Assembly: GCA_051117555.1 (NCBI GenBank)
Contig: JBNPEG010000133.1
Span: forward strand, 1 to 20,081
From: Elainellaceae cyanobacterium
Lineage (GTDB): Bacteria > Cyanobacteriota > Cyanobacteriia > CAZCXK01
Direction: 5' to 3'
DNA length: 20,081 bases
How positions within the stretch are numbered: the first letter of the stretch is position 1; each line of letters starts with the position of its first letter. The notes beneath the pieces were generated by a model. It saw only the letters and a list, made by a program, of their open reading frames with translations, had not been told where the DNA came from and made no database searches. Positions 1 through 8,578 of the stretch are shown here, piece after piece. Position numbers and translations under genes: made by a program.

Positions 1-13
1 GGAAAAATTTAAC

Positions 14-98
14 TATAGCGATCCTAAATCGCTTGTTAACTGTGTGTGAGTGGCGGGGCGCCCGCCCCACCGCTCAAAATCCATCTGGGATTGCTGTA
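14..98. mobile_element. ~85-bp MITE-like / small dispersed repeat, copy 1
   Basis: Imperfect 16-bp terminal inverted repeats TATAGCGATCCTAAAT...ATCTGGGATTGCTGTA (12/16 Watson-Crick, 3 G-T pairs) and an internal GC-rich hairpin at 47-76. Its reverse complement aligns along its full length with 16947-17035. Confidence 0.8.
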
Positions 99-113
99 TT
101 CTTTGAGGGCGGT

Positions 114-1310
114 TTAGAGTGACGCCTTTGCGAGTTCGTGAAGCGGCAATTCGGATGGATAGGCTCCGTCTTCTTTGATTCGCTTGATAAGGTTGTCTGA
201 AATCGACACGTTCATCTTTTTGGCGATCGCCCTGACAATATCACCCCGATCAATCAAACCTGCGACTGCCCCGGCTGGAGACAGCACCGTAATCTGCCGC
301 AACTCTTTGGTTTCAAGCTGATCGATGACCTCGCGGAGAGAGGTCGACTCATCAACGGATGGAATATCGGATAGGGGCTGAATGATGCGAGTTAGAGAGT
401 CGTGTTTCCATTGACTGCGTTCAATGGTTTGCAGCGCAGTGTCTTGCACCAACCCGCGATATCGCCCCTCAGAGGCAGCAAAATAGGTTGAAAATTTATC
501 ATCACCGATGATGTAGCGATCGGCAAATTCTTCTAATGTCAGATCGGCGTCAATCACGCGGAAATCTTGGGTCATTGCGTCTGCGGCCTCAACCTGAGAG
601 ATCGCATCTTGAAGGTCGGCAACGCGTTGATAGGCGCTAGCATTGCGAACGCCAAACCACCCCAATAACGAGATCCATAACAACCCCAAGCTGAAATAAA
701 CCAGGTATAGACCAATTCCAATGATGATGGCGGCCCATCCCAAGATTTGCCCAACACGCGCCGCCCATCGAATGCCCTTGAGTCGACTCCCTGTTGCTTT
801 CCAGATGCCTGCTTTCAGCACTTGCCCCCCATCAAGAGGTAAGCCTGGAATCATATTGAATAGCGACAAGATGAGATTGATATTGGCTAAATTTTTGACA
901 ATCTCAGCACCTAGGCTGCTGAATGGGAGAAATTGATAGGCCAGTGTGAGAATAATGAACAGCCCAAAGCTAACGGCTGGTCCGGCGATCGCCACTTGAA
1001 AGGCTTTCCCAGGAGTTTTGGACTCTTGGTCAATGGAAGCCACTCCCCCAAACAAAAAGAGAGTGATTGACGTGACATTGATGCCTTGTGACAGCGCGAT
1101 TAAGCTGTGACCTAGCTCATGAAGTAAGACCGAACCGAACAAGAGCAGCGTCATCACAAACCCCGCTGCCCAGGTCGTCAAGGTTCCCCATCCTTCGCTT
1201 TGCCATGCCGAACCATACCCCAGCGTGAATAGCGCCAGAATGAAGAACCAAGACGAGTCAAGATAGAGAGGAATCCCGAAGATAGAGCCGATTCGCCAGC
1301 CAGATTGCAT
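114..1310 (-). CDS. Site-2 protease (peptidase M50) with C-terminal CBS domain pair
   Basis: HELGH zinc motif in a hydrophobic segment, AIAGP, NMIPGLPLDGG motif, multiple TM helices, and a CBS-like C-terminus (DAMTQDF...GLIDRGDI). Confidence 0.93.
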   Translation of the reverse strand: MQSGWRIGSIFGIPLYLDSSWFFILALFTLGYGSAWQSEGWGTLTTWAAGFVMTLLLFGSVLLHELGHSLIALSQGINVTSITLFLFGGVASIDQESKTPGKAFQVAIAGPAVSFGLFIILTLAYQFLPFSSLGAEIVKNLANINLILSLFNMIPGLPLDGGQVLKAGIWKATGSRLKGIRWAARVGQILGWAAIIIGIGLYLVYFSLGLLWISLLGWFGVRNASAYQRVADLQDAISQVEAADAMTQDFRVIDADLTLEEFADRYIIGDDKFSTYFAASEGRYRGLVQDTALQTIERSQWKHDSLTRIIQPLSDIPSVDESTSLREVIDQLETKELRQITVLSPAGAVAGLIDRGDIVRAIAKKMNVSISDNLIKRIKEDGAYPSELPLHELAKASL

Positions 1311-1415
1311 GAAATTTAGATTGAATCAAAAAATTTTGACACCGTTTCCTGTGTATTCATTCTAGTGTGAACTCAGCATGAGAATTCACGCTAGAGCAAA
1401 TGGAACGATTTCCTC

Positions 1416-1436
1416 GCACGATGCACGATGCACGAT
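1416..1436. repeat. Heptamer tandem repeat (GCACGAT)x3
   Basis: Three perfect copies between psaK and the M50 gene; resembles the STRR-type heptamer repeats of cyanobacteria. Confidence 0.85.
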
Positions 1437-1466
1437 GGTTGGACCGTAGGCTCTCCAATTTGGCGG

Positions 1467-1733
1467 TTATAGCAAACCGGCGTTTGCCAGACCTAAGATC
1501 ACTCCGGCTCCTATGATGTGACCAAAACTGGTGGTTGCCAGCAGTTCTGGAATACCAAAATTTGTAAAGATTGCCGGTAACTCGACGGGTAAAGCAGGCC
1601 CCACGCCACGCTTTTGAATGGCATAGTAACCAATTGCGATTGAAAATAGGTTACATGCCACCATAATTAAAGCAACATTGATTGACCAGTTGAAGGTCGT
1701 TGGGGATACGGCTAACAAATGTGATGTCAACAA
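1467..1733 (-). CDS. psaK: Photosystem I reaction centre subunit PsaK (PsaK2-like)
   Basis: 88 aa with two TM helices, W-S-x-x-V-A-L-I-M-V-A-C-N and PELLATTSFGHIIGAGVILGL signatures; TTG start with AGGAGA RBS upstream (1741-1746). Confidence 0.95.
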   Translation of the reverse strand: MLTSHLLAVSPTTFNWSINVALIMVACNLFSIAIGYYAIQKRGVGPALPVELPAIFTNFGIPELLATTSFGHIIGAGVILGLANAGLL

Positions 1734-1782
1734 AACGTTATCTCCTATTTTTTTAAATTGCCGATAGGTCGAAGCAATTAGG

Positions 1783-1788
1783 ATTATA
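1783..1788 (-). promoter_or_regulatory. Candidate -10 box (TATAAT) for psaK
   Basis: Perfect TATAAT on the minus strand ~50 nt upstream of the psaK start; no clear -35. Confidence 0.45.
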
Positions 1789-1878
1789 AGAAGCGCTCCG
1801 TGACACCATTACAGAATGTTTGTCAGACTTAACAGTTGACGGGGTAATCGATACAAAACTAAGTAATATTTGAAGGCA

Positions 1879-2535
1879 ATGCGAGTCAAGATTTGTGGCA
1901 TCACAAAACCTGAGCAGGGTCGAGCGATCGCCCTCTATGGAGCAACTGCATTGGGGTTTATTTGTGTGCCCCAATCCCCGCGATATGTCATTCCGCAACA
2001 GATTGCCGACATTATTGCCGAGCTGCCCGCGCCCTCTCAGCACCGCCAACCGCTTGACCTCGTTGGGGTATTTGCGGATGCTGAGATTAGCATGATTGAA
2101 GCGGTGATGGCGATCGCCCCGCTGACAGCCATTCAGCTTCACGGGCACGAATCGCCTCAATTTTGCCAAGACGTAAAACGTCAAGTGCCCCACGCCGAAA
2201 TTATCAAAGTGCTCCGGGTGCGATCGCTTGATGCGCTCACACAATCCCAATGCTATGAACCCGTCGTTGATACGCTGTTGCTAGACGCGTATCATCCCCA
2301 TTTGCTGGGGGGGACGGGCATAACAGTAGATTGGTCGATTTTGAAGAATTTCTATCCCACCCGGCCCTGGCTGCTCTCTGGAGGTTTGAATCCCGATAAT
2401 GTTGCAGATGCGCTGACCCACATTCAGCCTGATGGTATTGATTTATCGAGCGGGGTTGAGTCCCAACCCGGCACTAAAAATTTAACCAAAGTGGCTCGCC
2501 TGTTTGAGCAGCTTCAGACCATTAAGGCGTCCTGA
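1879..2535 (+). CDS. trpF: Phosphoribosylanthranilate isomerase
   Basis: MRVKICGIT start, LGFI...SPRYV, VGVF, QLHGHES, LLLDA...GGTG..DW, LSGGLNPDNV, DLSSGVE..PG.K motifs. ATG 1879 preferred over TTG 1870. Confidence 0.97.
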   Translation: MRVKICGITKPEQGRAIALYGATALGFICVPQSPRYVIPQQIADIIAELPAPSQHRQPLDLVGVFADAEISMIEAVMAIAPLTAIQLHGHESPQFCQDVKRQVPHAEIIKVLRVRSLDALTQSQCYEPVVDTLLLDAYHPHLLGGTGITVDWSILKNFYPTRPWLLSGGLNPDNVADALTHIQPDGIDLSSGVESQPGTKNLTKVARLFEQLQTIKAS

Positions 2536-2560
2536 CGGGCGTCTTAATGGGCGTCTTAAG
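2522..2560. terminator. Hairpin / 12-bp tandem repeat at the trpF stop, between convergent trpF and folE
   Basis: Units AGGCGTCCTGAC / GGGCGTCTTAAT / GGGCGTCTTAAG. 2522-2532 pairs with 2537-2547 (11-bp stem, two G-U pairs). No U-tract, so terminator function is uncertain. Confidence 0.4.
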
Positions 2561-2589
2561 GGGGTGGGGCTCAGTGGGCTTGCTGATGG

Positions 2590-3333
2590 CTAGAAGAAAG
2601 CAGGCTGATGACGAATCAGGCTCAAAAACTCTTCCCGAGTTTTGTGGTCTTCTTGAAATACGCCAATCATTGCGCTAGTAACCGTCCAAGAGCCAGGTTT
2701 TTCAACGCCGCGCATCACCATGCACATATGGCTAGCCTCGACGACAACGGCGACTCCTCGCGGCTCTAAAATTGTTTGGATTGCTTCTGCAACTTGGCGT
2801 GTAAGCCGCTCTTGAACCTGCAGGCGGCGGGCGTACATTTCAACGATGCGAGCTAATTTGCTGAGCCCGACAACTTTTTCGTTGGGAATATAGGCAACAT
2901 GAGCACGCCCCATGAACGGCAGCATGTGATGTTCACACAGGCTAAAGAGATTGATATCACGAACAAGAACCATCTCATTGTGACCCTCATCAAAGATCGC
3001 GCCATTGACCAGTTCTTCAAGCGACTGGCTATACCCACTCGTCAAAAACTGCATGGCTTCTGCAACCCGTTTGGGGGTTTTTAGCAGACCTTCTCGATTT
3101 GGATCTTCTCCGACTCCTAAAAGCAGGTCGCGTACGGCATCCATCATCCGAACATCGTCAACAGGAGGATGAGTTGAACCATTTTGACCCGTGCTAGAGG
3201 TACTGCGATCGGGATAGGTTTTGATGCGAGAATTGCGGACATTGATTGAGTCAACCTGTTCAGAGCGATCGGTTGACGGTTGATTCGCTTTTTGAGTGTC
3301 GCTGGACGAAAAACCGTTAGAAGAAATAGTCAT
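2590..3333 (-). CDS. folE: GTP cyclohydrolase I
   Basis: [55 protein letters not shown]; low-complexity N-terminal extension of ~60 aa. Confidence 0.98.
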   Translation of the reverse strand: MTISSNGFSSSDTQKANQPSTDRSEQVDSINVRNSRIKTYPDRSTSSTGQNGSTHPPVDDVRMMDAVRDLLLGVGEDPNREGLLKTPKRVAEAMQFLTSGYSQSLEELVNGAIFDEGHNEMVLVRDINLFSLCEHHMLPFMGRAHVAYIPNEKVVGLSKLARIVEMYARRLQVQERLTRQVAEAIQTILEPRGVAVVVEASHMCMVMRGVEKPGSWTVTSAMIGVFQEDHKTREEFLSLIRHQPAFF

Positions 3334-3411
3334 AACAAATCTAGGAATGAAGTCTCCAATAAAGTAGAGAAGAATTGAGGCAAACGTTAGTAGAAAAAAC
3401 TGAGAACCGTC

Positions 3412-4137
3412 TTAGAGAGCGCCCGCACTGGGCATGACGGTTAGTTCTTCAACGACAGCCTGGGACGGTAGCAGTGCTGCATGAAGAATGGATTGGGCAA
3501 CGGAGTCAGGGGTGAGCATACCGGAGCGGTCAAAATCAGCATCGACGGTGTCTGTATCCCAGATGGGAGTATTGACGGCCCCGGGGCAAATCATGACGAC
3601 TCGAATACCATTGGCACGCTCTTCTGCGGCTAAGGTTTTGGAGAGTGCGACGACCCCTGCCTTGCTTACGTTATAAGCACCCCAACCTGGAAATGCTTGA
3701 TGGGCAGCGATCGATGTGATGTTGATGATGGTGCCCTGATGGCGATCTCGCATACTAGGCAAAATTCCCTGGATGCACTGGAACACGCTGGTCAGGTTGA
3801 GATTTAAAACGTGTTGCCAATCGTCTAGACTAATATCTTGCAAATTTCCGGTATATCCAATTCCGGCATTGTTGATGAGAACATCAATCGCACCCACCCG
3901 ATCGGCGATCGCCTGAAACTTTGAACAAACCTCCTCGACACATGACAAATCTAGTGGAAATATCTGAACATCTACGCTAAATGAAGCGGCTTCCTGAGCG
4001 ACCTGCTCTAATGCTGCTTGAGAGCGACTAACGAGAGCTAAATCAAAACCGGCTTGCGCGAATGCCAACGCAGTAGCCCTACCAATTCCGCTACTTGCCC
4101 CGGTGATCAAGGCGCGACGGTTAACTTGAGAATTCAT
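3412..4137 (-). CDS. Classical short-chain dehydrogenase/reductase (folE-linked)
   Basis: TGASSGIG, NNAG, catalytic S and YNVSK motifs; basic residue after beta2 (VSRS) suggests NADP(H). ATG at 4137 preferred over TTG 4149. Confidence 0.92.
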   Translation of the reverse strand: MNSQVNRRALITGASSGIGRATALAFAQAGFDLALVSRSQAALEQVAQEAASFSVDVQIFPLDLSCVEEVCSKFQAIADRVGAIDVLINNAGIGYTGNLQDISLDDWQHVLNLNLTSVFQCIQGILPSMRDRHQGTIINITSIAAHQAFPGWGAYNVSKAGVVALSKTLAAEERANGIRVVMICPGAVNTPIWDTDTVDADFDRSGMLTPDSVAQSILHAALLPSQAVVEELTVMPSAGAL

Positions 4138-4197
4138 GAAAAATTCCAAACGTTACAATTTAACGCATTGGCTGAACGCAGTCAAAAGCGTCAACCA

Positions 4198-4223
4198 ACT
4201 TTGAAAACTGACTTTGAAGACTG
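4198..4223. repeat. 13-bp tandem duplication
   Basis: ACTTTGAAAACTG ACTTTGAAGACTG (1 mismatch). Confidence 0.75.
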
Positions 4224-4360
4224 AGGCTTCGATAAACAACAATCTTGTATCTGATTAAGCAGACAGATCCAAAAAATTCATGTATCCCTAAACCATGTTT
4301 GCATGAATAGCGGAGGCATGGAGCACGTAAGCTCACAGGTTTGTCTTACTGAATCTATAT

Positions 4361-4394
4361 ACTCGACTCTAGGTGAACACTCGACTCTAGGTGA
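4361..4394. repeat. 18-bp-period tandem duplication
   Basis: ACTCGACTCTAGGTGA-AC-ACTCGACTCTAGGTGA (16 bp identical). Confidence 0.9.
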
Positions 4395-4404
4395 CCAGAG
4401 AAGC

Positions 4405-4429
4405 GATGCTGATTCTTAGAATCGGCATC
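4405..4429. other. Near-perfect palindrome / hairpin
   Basis: GATGCTGATTCT-T-AGAATCGGCATC, 11/12 complementary. Confidence 0.7.
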
Positions 4430-4458
4430 TCATGATTGTGAACATTTGTTACTTGAAG

Positions 4459-4467
4459 ATTATAGCA
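4459..4467 (-). promoter_or_regulatory. Extended -10 promoter (TGCTATAAT) facing SDR-folE
   Basis: Perfect TGnTATAAT on the minus strand, downstream of accA and ~320 nt upstream of the SDR ATG. Confidence 0.55.
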
Positions 4468-4551
4468 CTGGGCTTCTTTCAATACGCGCTGACCCCTCAA
4501 ATAAAAAAAATGAGGAGTGACGCGATGGATTGCTGTGGGGAGTCAAGAGGT

Positions 4552-5544
4552 CTACGTCTCGGAGACTGAGCCGTCCATAAACTTACCGATTTTCCTGAAT
4601 TTTTGATATCTCAGGTCTTTACGCTGGGTTGCAGTGAGCTGGTTAAGTTCGATGAGGTTGTGGGCAAGCGCATCTTTTAAGATTTCGGTTGCTTTGAGGG
4701 GTTCAGAATGGGCTCCGCTCAAGGGTTCAGAAATAATTTGGTCTACAATCCCTAGCGCTTTTAAGTCTGCCGCCGTAATCTTGAGAGCTTCGGCGGCTTG
4801 AGGTGCTTTGCCCGTGTCTCGCCACAAAATAGACGCGCACGCCTCAGGTGGCGCCACGGTGTAAATTGAGTGTTCAAACATTAAGAGGCGATCGCTCACA
4901 CTGATTCCGAGAGCGCCGCCTGAGCCGCCTTCGCCAATTACGGTCGAGATAATCGGCACCTCAAGCCCAAACATCTCGCGCAGGTTGTAGGCGATCGCCT
5001 CCCCTTGCCCAAGTCGCTCCGCTTCAGCCCCCGCCCATGCCGCTGGGGTATCGATGAAGGTAATAATAGGCATGCCAAAGTGGTTGGCGTGGTTCATCAG
5101 CCGCATTGCCTTGCGATATCCTCCCGGAGATGCCATGCCAAAATTGCGGGCGATGTTATCCTTCGTGTCGCGTCCTTTTTGATGCCCTACCATCACCACT
5201 GGGCGACCATCTAGGCGAGCAATGCCGCCCACAATCGCCGGATCGTCGATGCCAGTGCTGCGATCGCCGTGCAGTTCGATCCACTCATCACTAATGGCCT
5301 GAATATAATCTAAGGTACTGGGGCGACGTGGGTGGCGAGCCACCTGAAGTCTTTGAGACGGCGAAAGACTGCTAAAAATCTCTTGCCGAAGCTGCGTAGC
5401 ACGAGTTTCAAGCTGACGAATCTGATCTGAAACATCAACCGCGTTTTCGTCTGCTAAGTCTTGAATTTGTCGAATTCGGGCCTCTAACTCGATTAGAGGT
5501 TTTTCAAAATCTAAGAGAATCGGTCTGCGTTCTTTCGTCGCCAT
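4552..5544 (-). CDS. accA: Acetyl-CoA carboxylase carboxyltransferase alpha subunit
   Basis: [58 protein letters not shown]. Confidence 0.98.
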   Translation of the reverse strand: MATKERRPILLDFEKPLIELEARIRQIQDLADENAVDVSDQIRQLETRATQLRQEIFSSLSPSQRLQVARHPRRPSTLDYIQAISDEWIELHGDRSTGIDDPAIVGGIARLDGRPVVMVGHQKGRDTKDNIARNFGMASPGGYRKAMRLMNHANHFGMPIITFIDTPAAWAGAEAERLGQGEAIAYNLREMFGLEVPIISTVIGEGGSGGALGISVSDRLLMFEHSIYTVAPPEACASILWRDTGKAPQAAEALKITAADLKALGIVDQIISEPLSGAHSEPLKATEILKDALAHNLIELNQLTATQRKDLRYQKFRKIGKFMDGSVSET

Positions 5545-5669
5545 AATGGAATTCAGCTGATTTTAACGCTTATCGGAAAATAGGCTTTTCGCAAAAGTTG
5601 CTTAACTGTAAGAATAGCAGTAGGGCGTTTCCTGCACTAGTGAAGTATTATCATTCGATTCGTTTTAAG

Positions 5670-7334
5670 CTATTTCCGTCTAATTAAAAAAACTGATTCT
5701 GTGTATCCTTGAAAGACGTTTTGGATATCCAGTTTGCTTTTTATCTTACTTGGTACTTCTGGAGCAGGGTGCCAAGCCTGTTGTTGAATTGCAATGCAAC
5801 CATTTTCCCGAAGAACTTGTCTAAATCCATGGCGATCGCTATAGGAAAAATAAGACTTTCTATTAAAACTTTTTTCTTGACTACTAACTGAAACCAAGAA
5901 AAGTGAATCAGGATAAATATTACTGAGTTCAGCATGGAACCGACGCTTGGAAAAATCAGTATAAATTTTTCTAGGTATCGGAATTAACACATCTGGATGA
6001 GTCCATGTATCTGCAAAATATAGAGCTGCTTTCACATCAGACGCGCGATCGCGATAAACCCAGGCACAACCCTTGAGATCCTGGTGGAGAATCTGGATCG
6101 CCTCAGCATCAGTCGTATACCAATCTTTCACATTCGACAGACGATTAGACGATGTGTGAAATAGATAAGCTGACAAGACAATGCAGGTCGTTAGTCCGAT
6201 TGCAGGTATTGATTTCAAAACCTTTTGTGACAGTGTAAATTGCTTTAAAAGGTGTCGAAAAAAAATAATTAATATAGAGATTGATAGTCCAATTAAACTA
6301 ATTTGAAAAGTTAGATAGTGAATTTCTGGACGCTCATTAGATGCTAGGAACACAAAGCTCCAATGCCCCACACAGAATATCACAGCAACATAAAAACATC
6401 TTTTGACTAGCGCAGATGGAGCCTTTTCTTTACGCAAAGAGAAACCTACAATTAACGTGACTACCGTAAAAAACGTTGTTATCAAAAAAAACACATAACT
6501 CTTTGTAAATAAGAAAAGAAAATTTGACCATAGAGATGAGGCGTTAATCAATCCAGATTCACCTGTTCCATAAGCCTCTTTCCGGACTATCAAGTTCCAA
6601 ATCCACCCAAACATCTTTTCATACCGACTGATAATAGGAAGCGTTGCTAAAACAAATGTAAGAGCAGCGATGCCTATAGCAGCGAATTTTCTCCAAAAAC
6701 CGTGAATTAGAAAAACAAATAAAATTGCGGGCAAAAACGTGACCTTAGTTGCCATTCCAATCCCTATGATGGCTCCCATTCCTAGCCAGAACCAGTTCTT
6801 ACGATTGGCTCCATCTCGATATATGTAAGTAATTAAAAGGATTATGAGGAGTTGGCTAATAATAAATAATAGCGATTCAGGTGCGACTCGACTTGATTCC
6901 CTCACAACAATACTCCACACCATCACTAGTGGTGTAGTTTGAATTATCAGACTCAATATGAGATTTTTTGAGAAGTAAAACATCGCCCATCCAACTGCAA
7001 ATAGGCTTAGAGATTTTAGGAAAATGCTTGTGTAATAAATGGCATACAAATAAATCTCAGGTTTCTGTAGAACTGAATAGATTAGATTTTCGGAGTGGAA
7101 CCATACTAAGTGTAGAGTTCGTAAAACAATTGCGCCTAGAATTTGGTACGGAGTGCCGGGATGGTCAATATGGGCAGGTACTTCAAAGTTGACCAACATC
7201 AATGAAGAGAAAAGATAAACATAGTCTGGATCTTGGTTATCTCGAAACCAGAAAGCCCCGCGCAGTAGCCCAAGATTGCAGTAGGCGAGAAAAGAAATGC
7301 CTGGTAATATAGCCAACAGCCATTTTGAAACCAT
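5670..7334 (-). CDS. Polytopic membrane protein, probable GT-C fold glycosyltransferase (ArnT/PMT-like)
   Basis: TM1 followed by an acidic loop (QDPDYVY) and DHPG, later PE and ATK motifs, ~11-13 hydrophobic segments and a soluble C-terminal domain; lies in a glycosylation cluster. Confidence 0.6.
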   Translation of the reverse strand: MVSKWLLAILPGISFLAYCNLGLLRGAFWFRDNQDPDYVYLFSSLMLVNFEVPAHIDHPGTPYQILGAIVLRTLHLVWFHSENLIYSVLQKPEIYLYAIYYTSIFLKSLSLFAVGWAMFYFSKNLILSLIIQTTPLVMVWSIVVRESSRVAPESLLFIISQLLIILLITYIYRDGANRKNWFWLGMGAIIGIGMATKVTFLPAILFVFLIHGFWRKFAAIGIAALTFVLATLPIISRYEKMFGWIWNLIVRKEAYGTGESGLINASSLWSNFLFLFTKSYVFFLITTFFTVVTLIVGFSLRKEKAPSALVKRCFYVAVIFCVGHWSFVFLASNERPEIHYLTFQISLIGLSISILIIFFRHLLKQFTLSQKVLKSIPAIGLTTCIVLSAYLFHTSSNRLSNVKDWYTTDAEAIQILHQDLKGCAWVYRDRASDVKAALYFADTWTHPDVLIPIPRKIYTDFSKRRFHAELSNIYPDSLFLVSVSSQEKSFNRKSYFSYSDRHGFRQVLRENGCIAIQQQAWHPAPEVPSKIKSKLDIQNVFQGYTESVFLIRRK

Positions 7335-7446
7335 TATGTCTTATCTCTTTAGCTAGACTGATCGAATTTTTTGATGTACTCAACTGGAGTCGTAAATTCG
7401 AGGTCATACCTCACGAATTATTCCTAAGAAAGGCTTAGTTTTTGGT

Positions 7447-8238
7447 CTAATAAATTTTCTCAATCTCAATAGTCATAAACATACCTAGATATCGATTTAG
7501 AGGAGATAAAAGAATCTCGAATCCTCGAACCAAAGGATAAAACCAAGATGGTAATAGCTGTCTAAAAGATAGACCTCCACTAATGAGATATCGAAAAGGG
7601 GTATGCCGTCTAACATGAAGTACGCGAAAGCTTGGAAATTCCTCGTTAAATAACCGAATATCCCGGTCAAAAATAATCCATGGAATCGCCATATTTGCAC
7701 CCGTCAAAGGTCCTCCTTCTTCAAAACCCCAATCAGCTTGCGTCTCAAATGGTTCATGATGAAAGTTTCTGTAGATAAAACTTGACCACAGAGTATTTGC
7801 AGGCTCAATCATGATAATTTTCCCGTTAGGTTTGAGACAACGCTTGGCTTCTCTAAAAAATTGTCTTGAATCTTTCAGATGGTGAAGCACATCTATCATC
7901 AAGAAGACGCTGACACTTTGGTCATCAAATGGCATATCTAGTGCAGAAAATACTAAATCAACCCCCTCATATTCGATAACATCTGATGTTGTAATATATG
8001 GGGAATATGATTTTAAGAAACTTGCTCCGCTACCAAGCTCAACAAACCTACCGTCAAAAGGGACTGTACGAGTCTTATTAAGCATTTCCGTATAAAAACT
8101 CTCATAAGTTTTCATTAAAAATGGCTTACGGGCGATAGTTTCACGAATGAGCACGATGTTTTGAGGATTATCCAGATCAGATTGCATTTGAGTGGCTTCG
8201 GGCAATCTGAAATAATCGAGCAAAGACGACAGTGCCAT
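7447..8238 (-). CDS. Class I SAM-dependent methyltransferase
   Basis: VELGSGAS motif I, MPFDDQSV, DVLHHL, RCLKPNGKIIMIEP. Confidence 0.88.
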   Translation of the reverse strand: MALSSLLDYFRLPEATQMQSDLDNPQNIVLIRETIARKPFLMKTYESFYTEMLNKTRTVPFDGRFVELGSGASFLKSYSPYITTSDVIEYEGVDLVFSALDMPFDDQSVSVFLMIDVLHHLKDSRQFFREAKRCLKPNGKIIMIEPANTLWSSFIYRNFHHEPFETQADWGFEEGGPLTGANMAIPWIIFDRDIRLFNEEFPSFRVLHVRRHTPFRYLISGGLSFRQLLPSWFYPLVRGFEILLSPLNRYLGMFMTIEIEKIY

Positions 8239-8375
8239 AGGAATTAAGACAATTTAGTAAACGAATGTGCTGACTTATACAAGCAATGTATTTCCCTGAT
8301 AATTAACGATTTTTTCTGGTAAATGAAAATACTAAGGTGGAAACTTTGTTTGTAACGTGCCGGAATAATGCCGTC

Positions 8376-8422
8376 ATGTTAACTGATTTATGTATTAATT
8401 GGCCTTATGTATTAACTGAATT
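8376..8422. promoter_or_regulatory. Degenerate ~17-bp direct repeats in the divergent promoter region
   Basis: TTATGTATTAA at 8388 and 8405; TTAACTGA at 8379 and 8412. Confidence 0.4.
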
Positions 8423-8578
8423 ATTCAACGGTGGCCAAAGTCTATCAAGACATCCTAGTTGGGAAGGGAATATAGCTGTAGCTTTTAATATTGCCTCAAA
8501 GACAAATCAGTACTATGATTTCCGAGGAATTGTTTAAAGTAGAACGTATTCCATGACCTTAATCGTGTGAGGAATCGG

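Noticed and set aside
1795..1870. HLR1 (RpaB) site upstream of psaK
   Set aside because: Single TTACA-like half sites are present but no convincing direct repeat at the proper spacing.
1753..2250. 165-aa minus-strand ORF
   Set aside because: Antisense shadow of trpF with no recognisable motifs.
4361..4394. Possible CRISPR repeat
   Set aside because: Only two adjacent units with no spacer and no cas genes.
8337..8537. 66-aa ORF in the divergent promoter region
   Set aside because: No motif or TM pattern (not a GtrA-like flippase); AT-rich promoter-like DNA.
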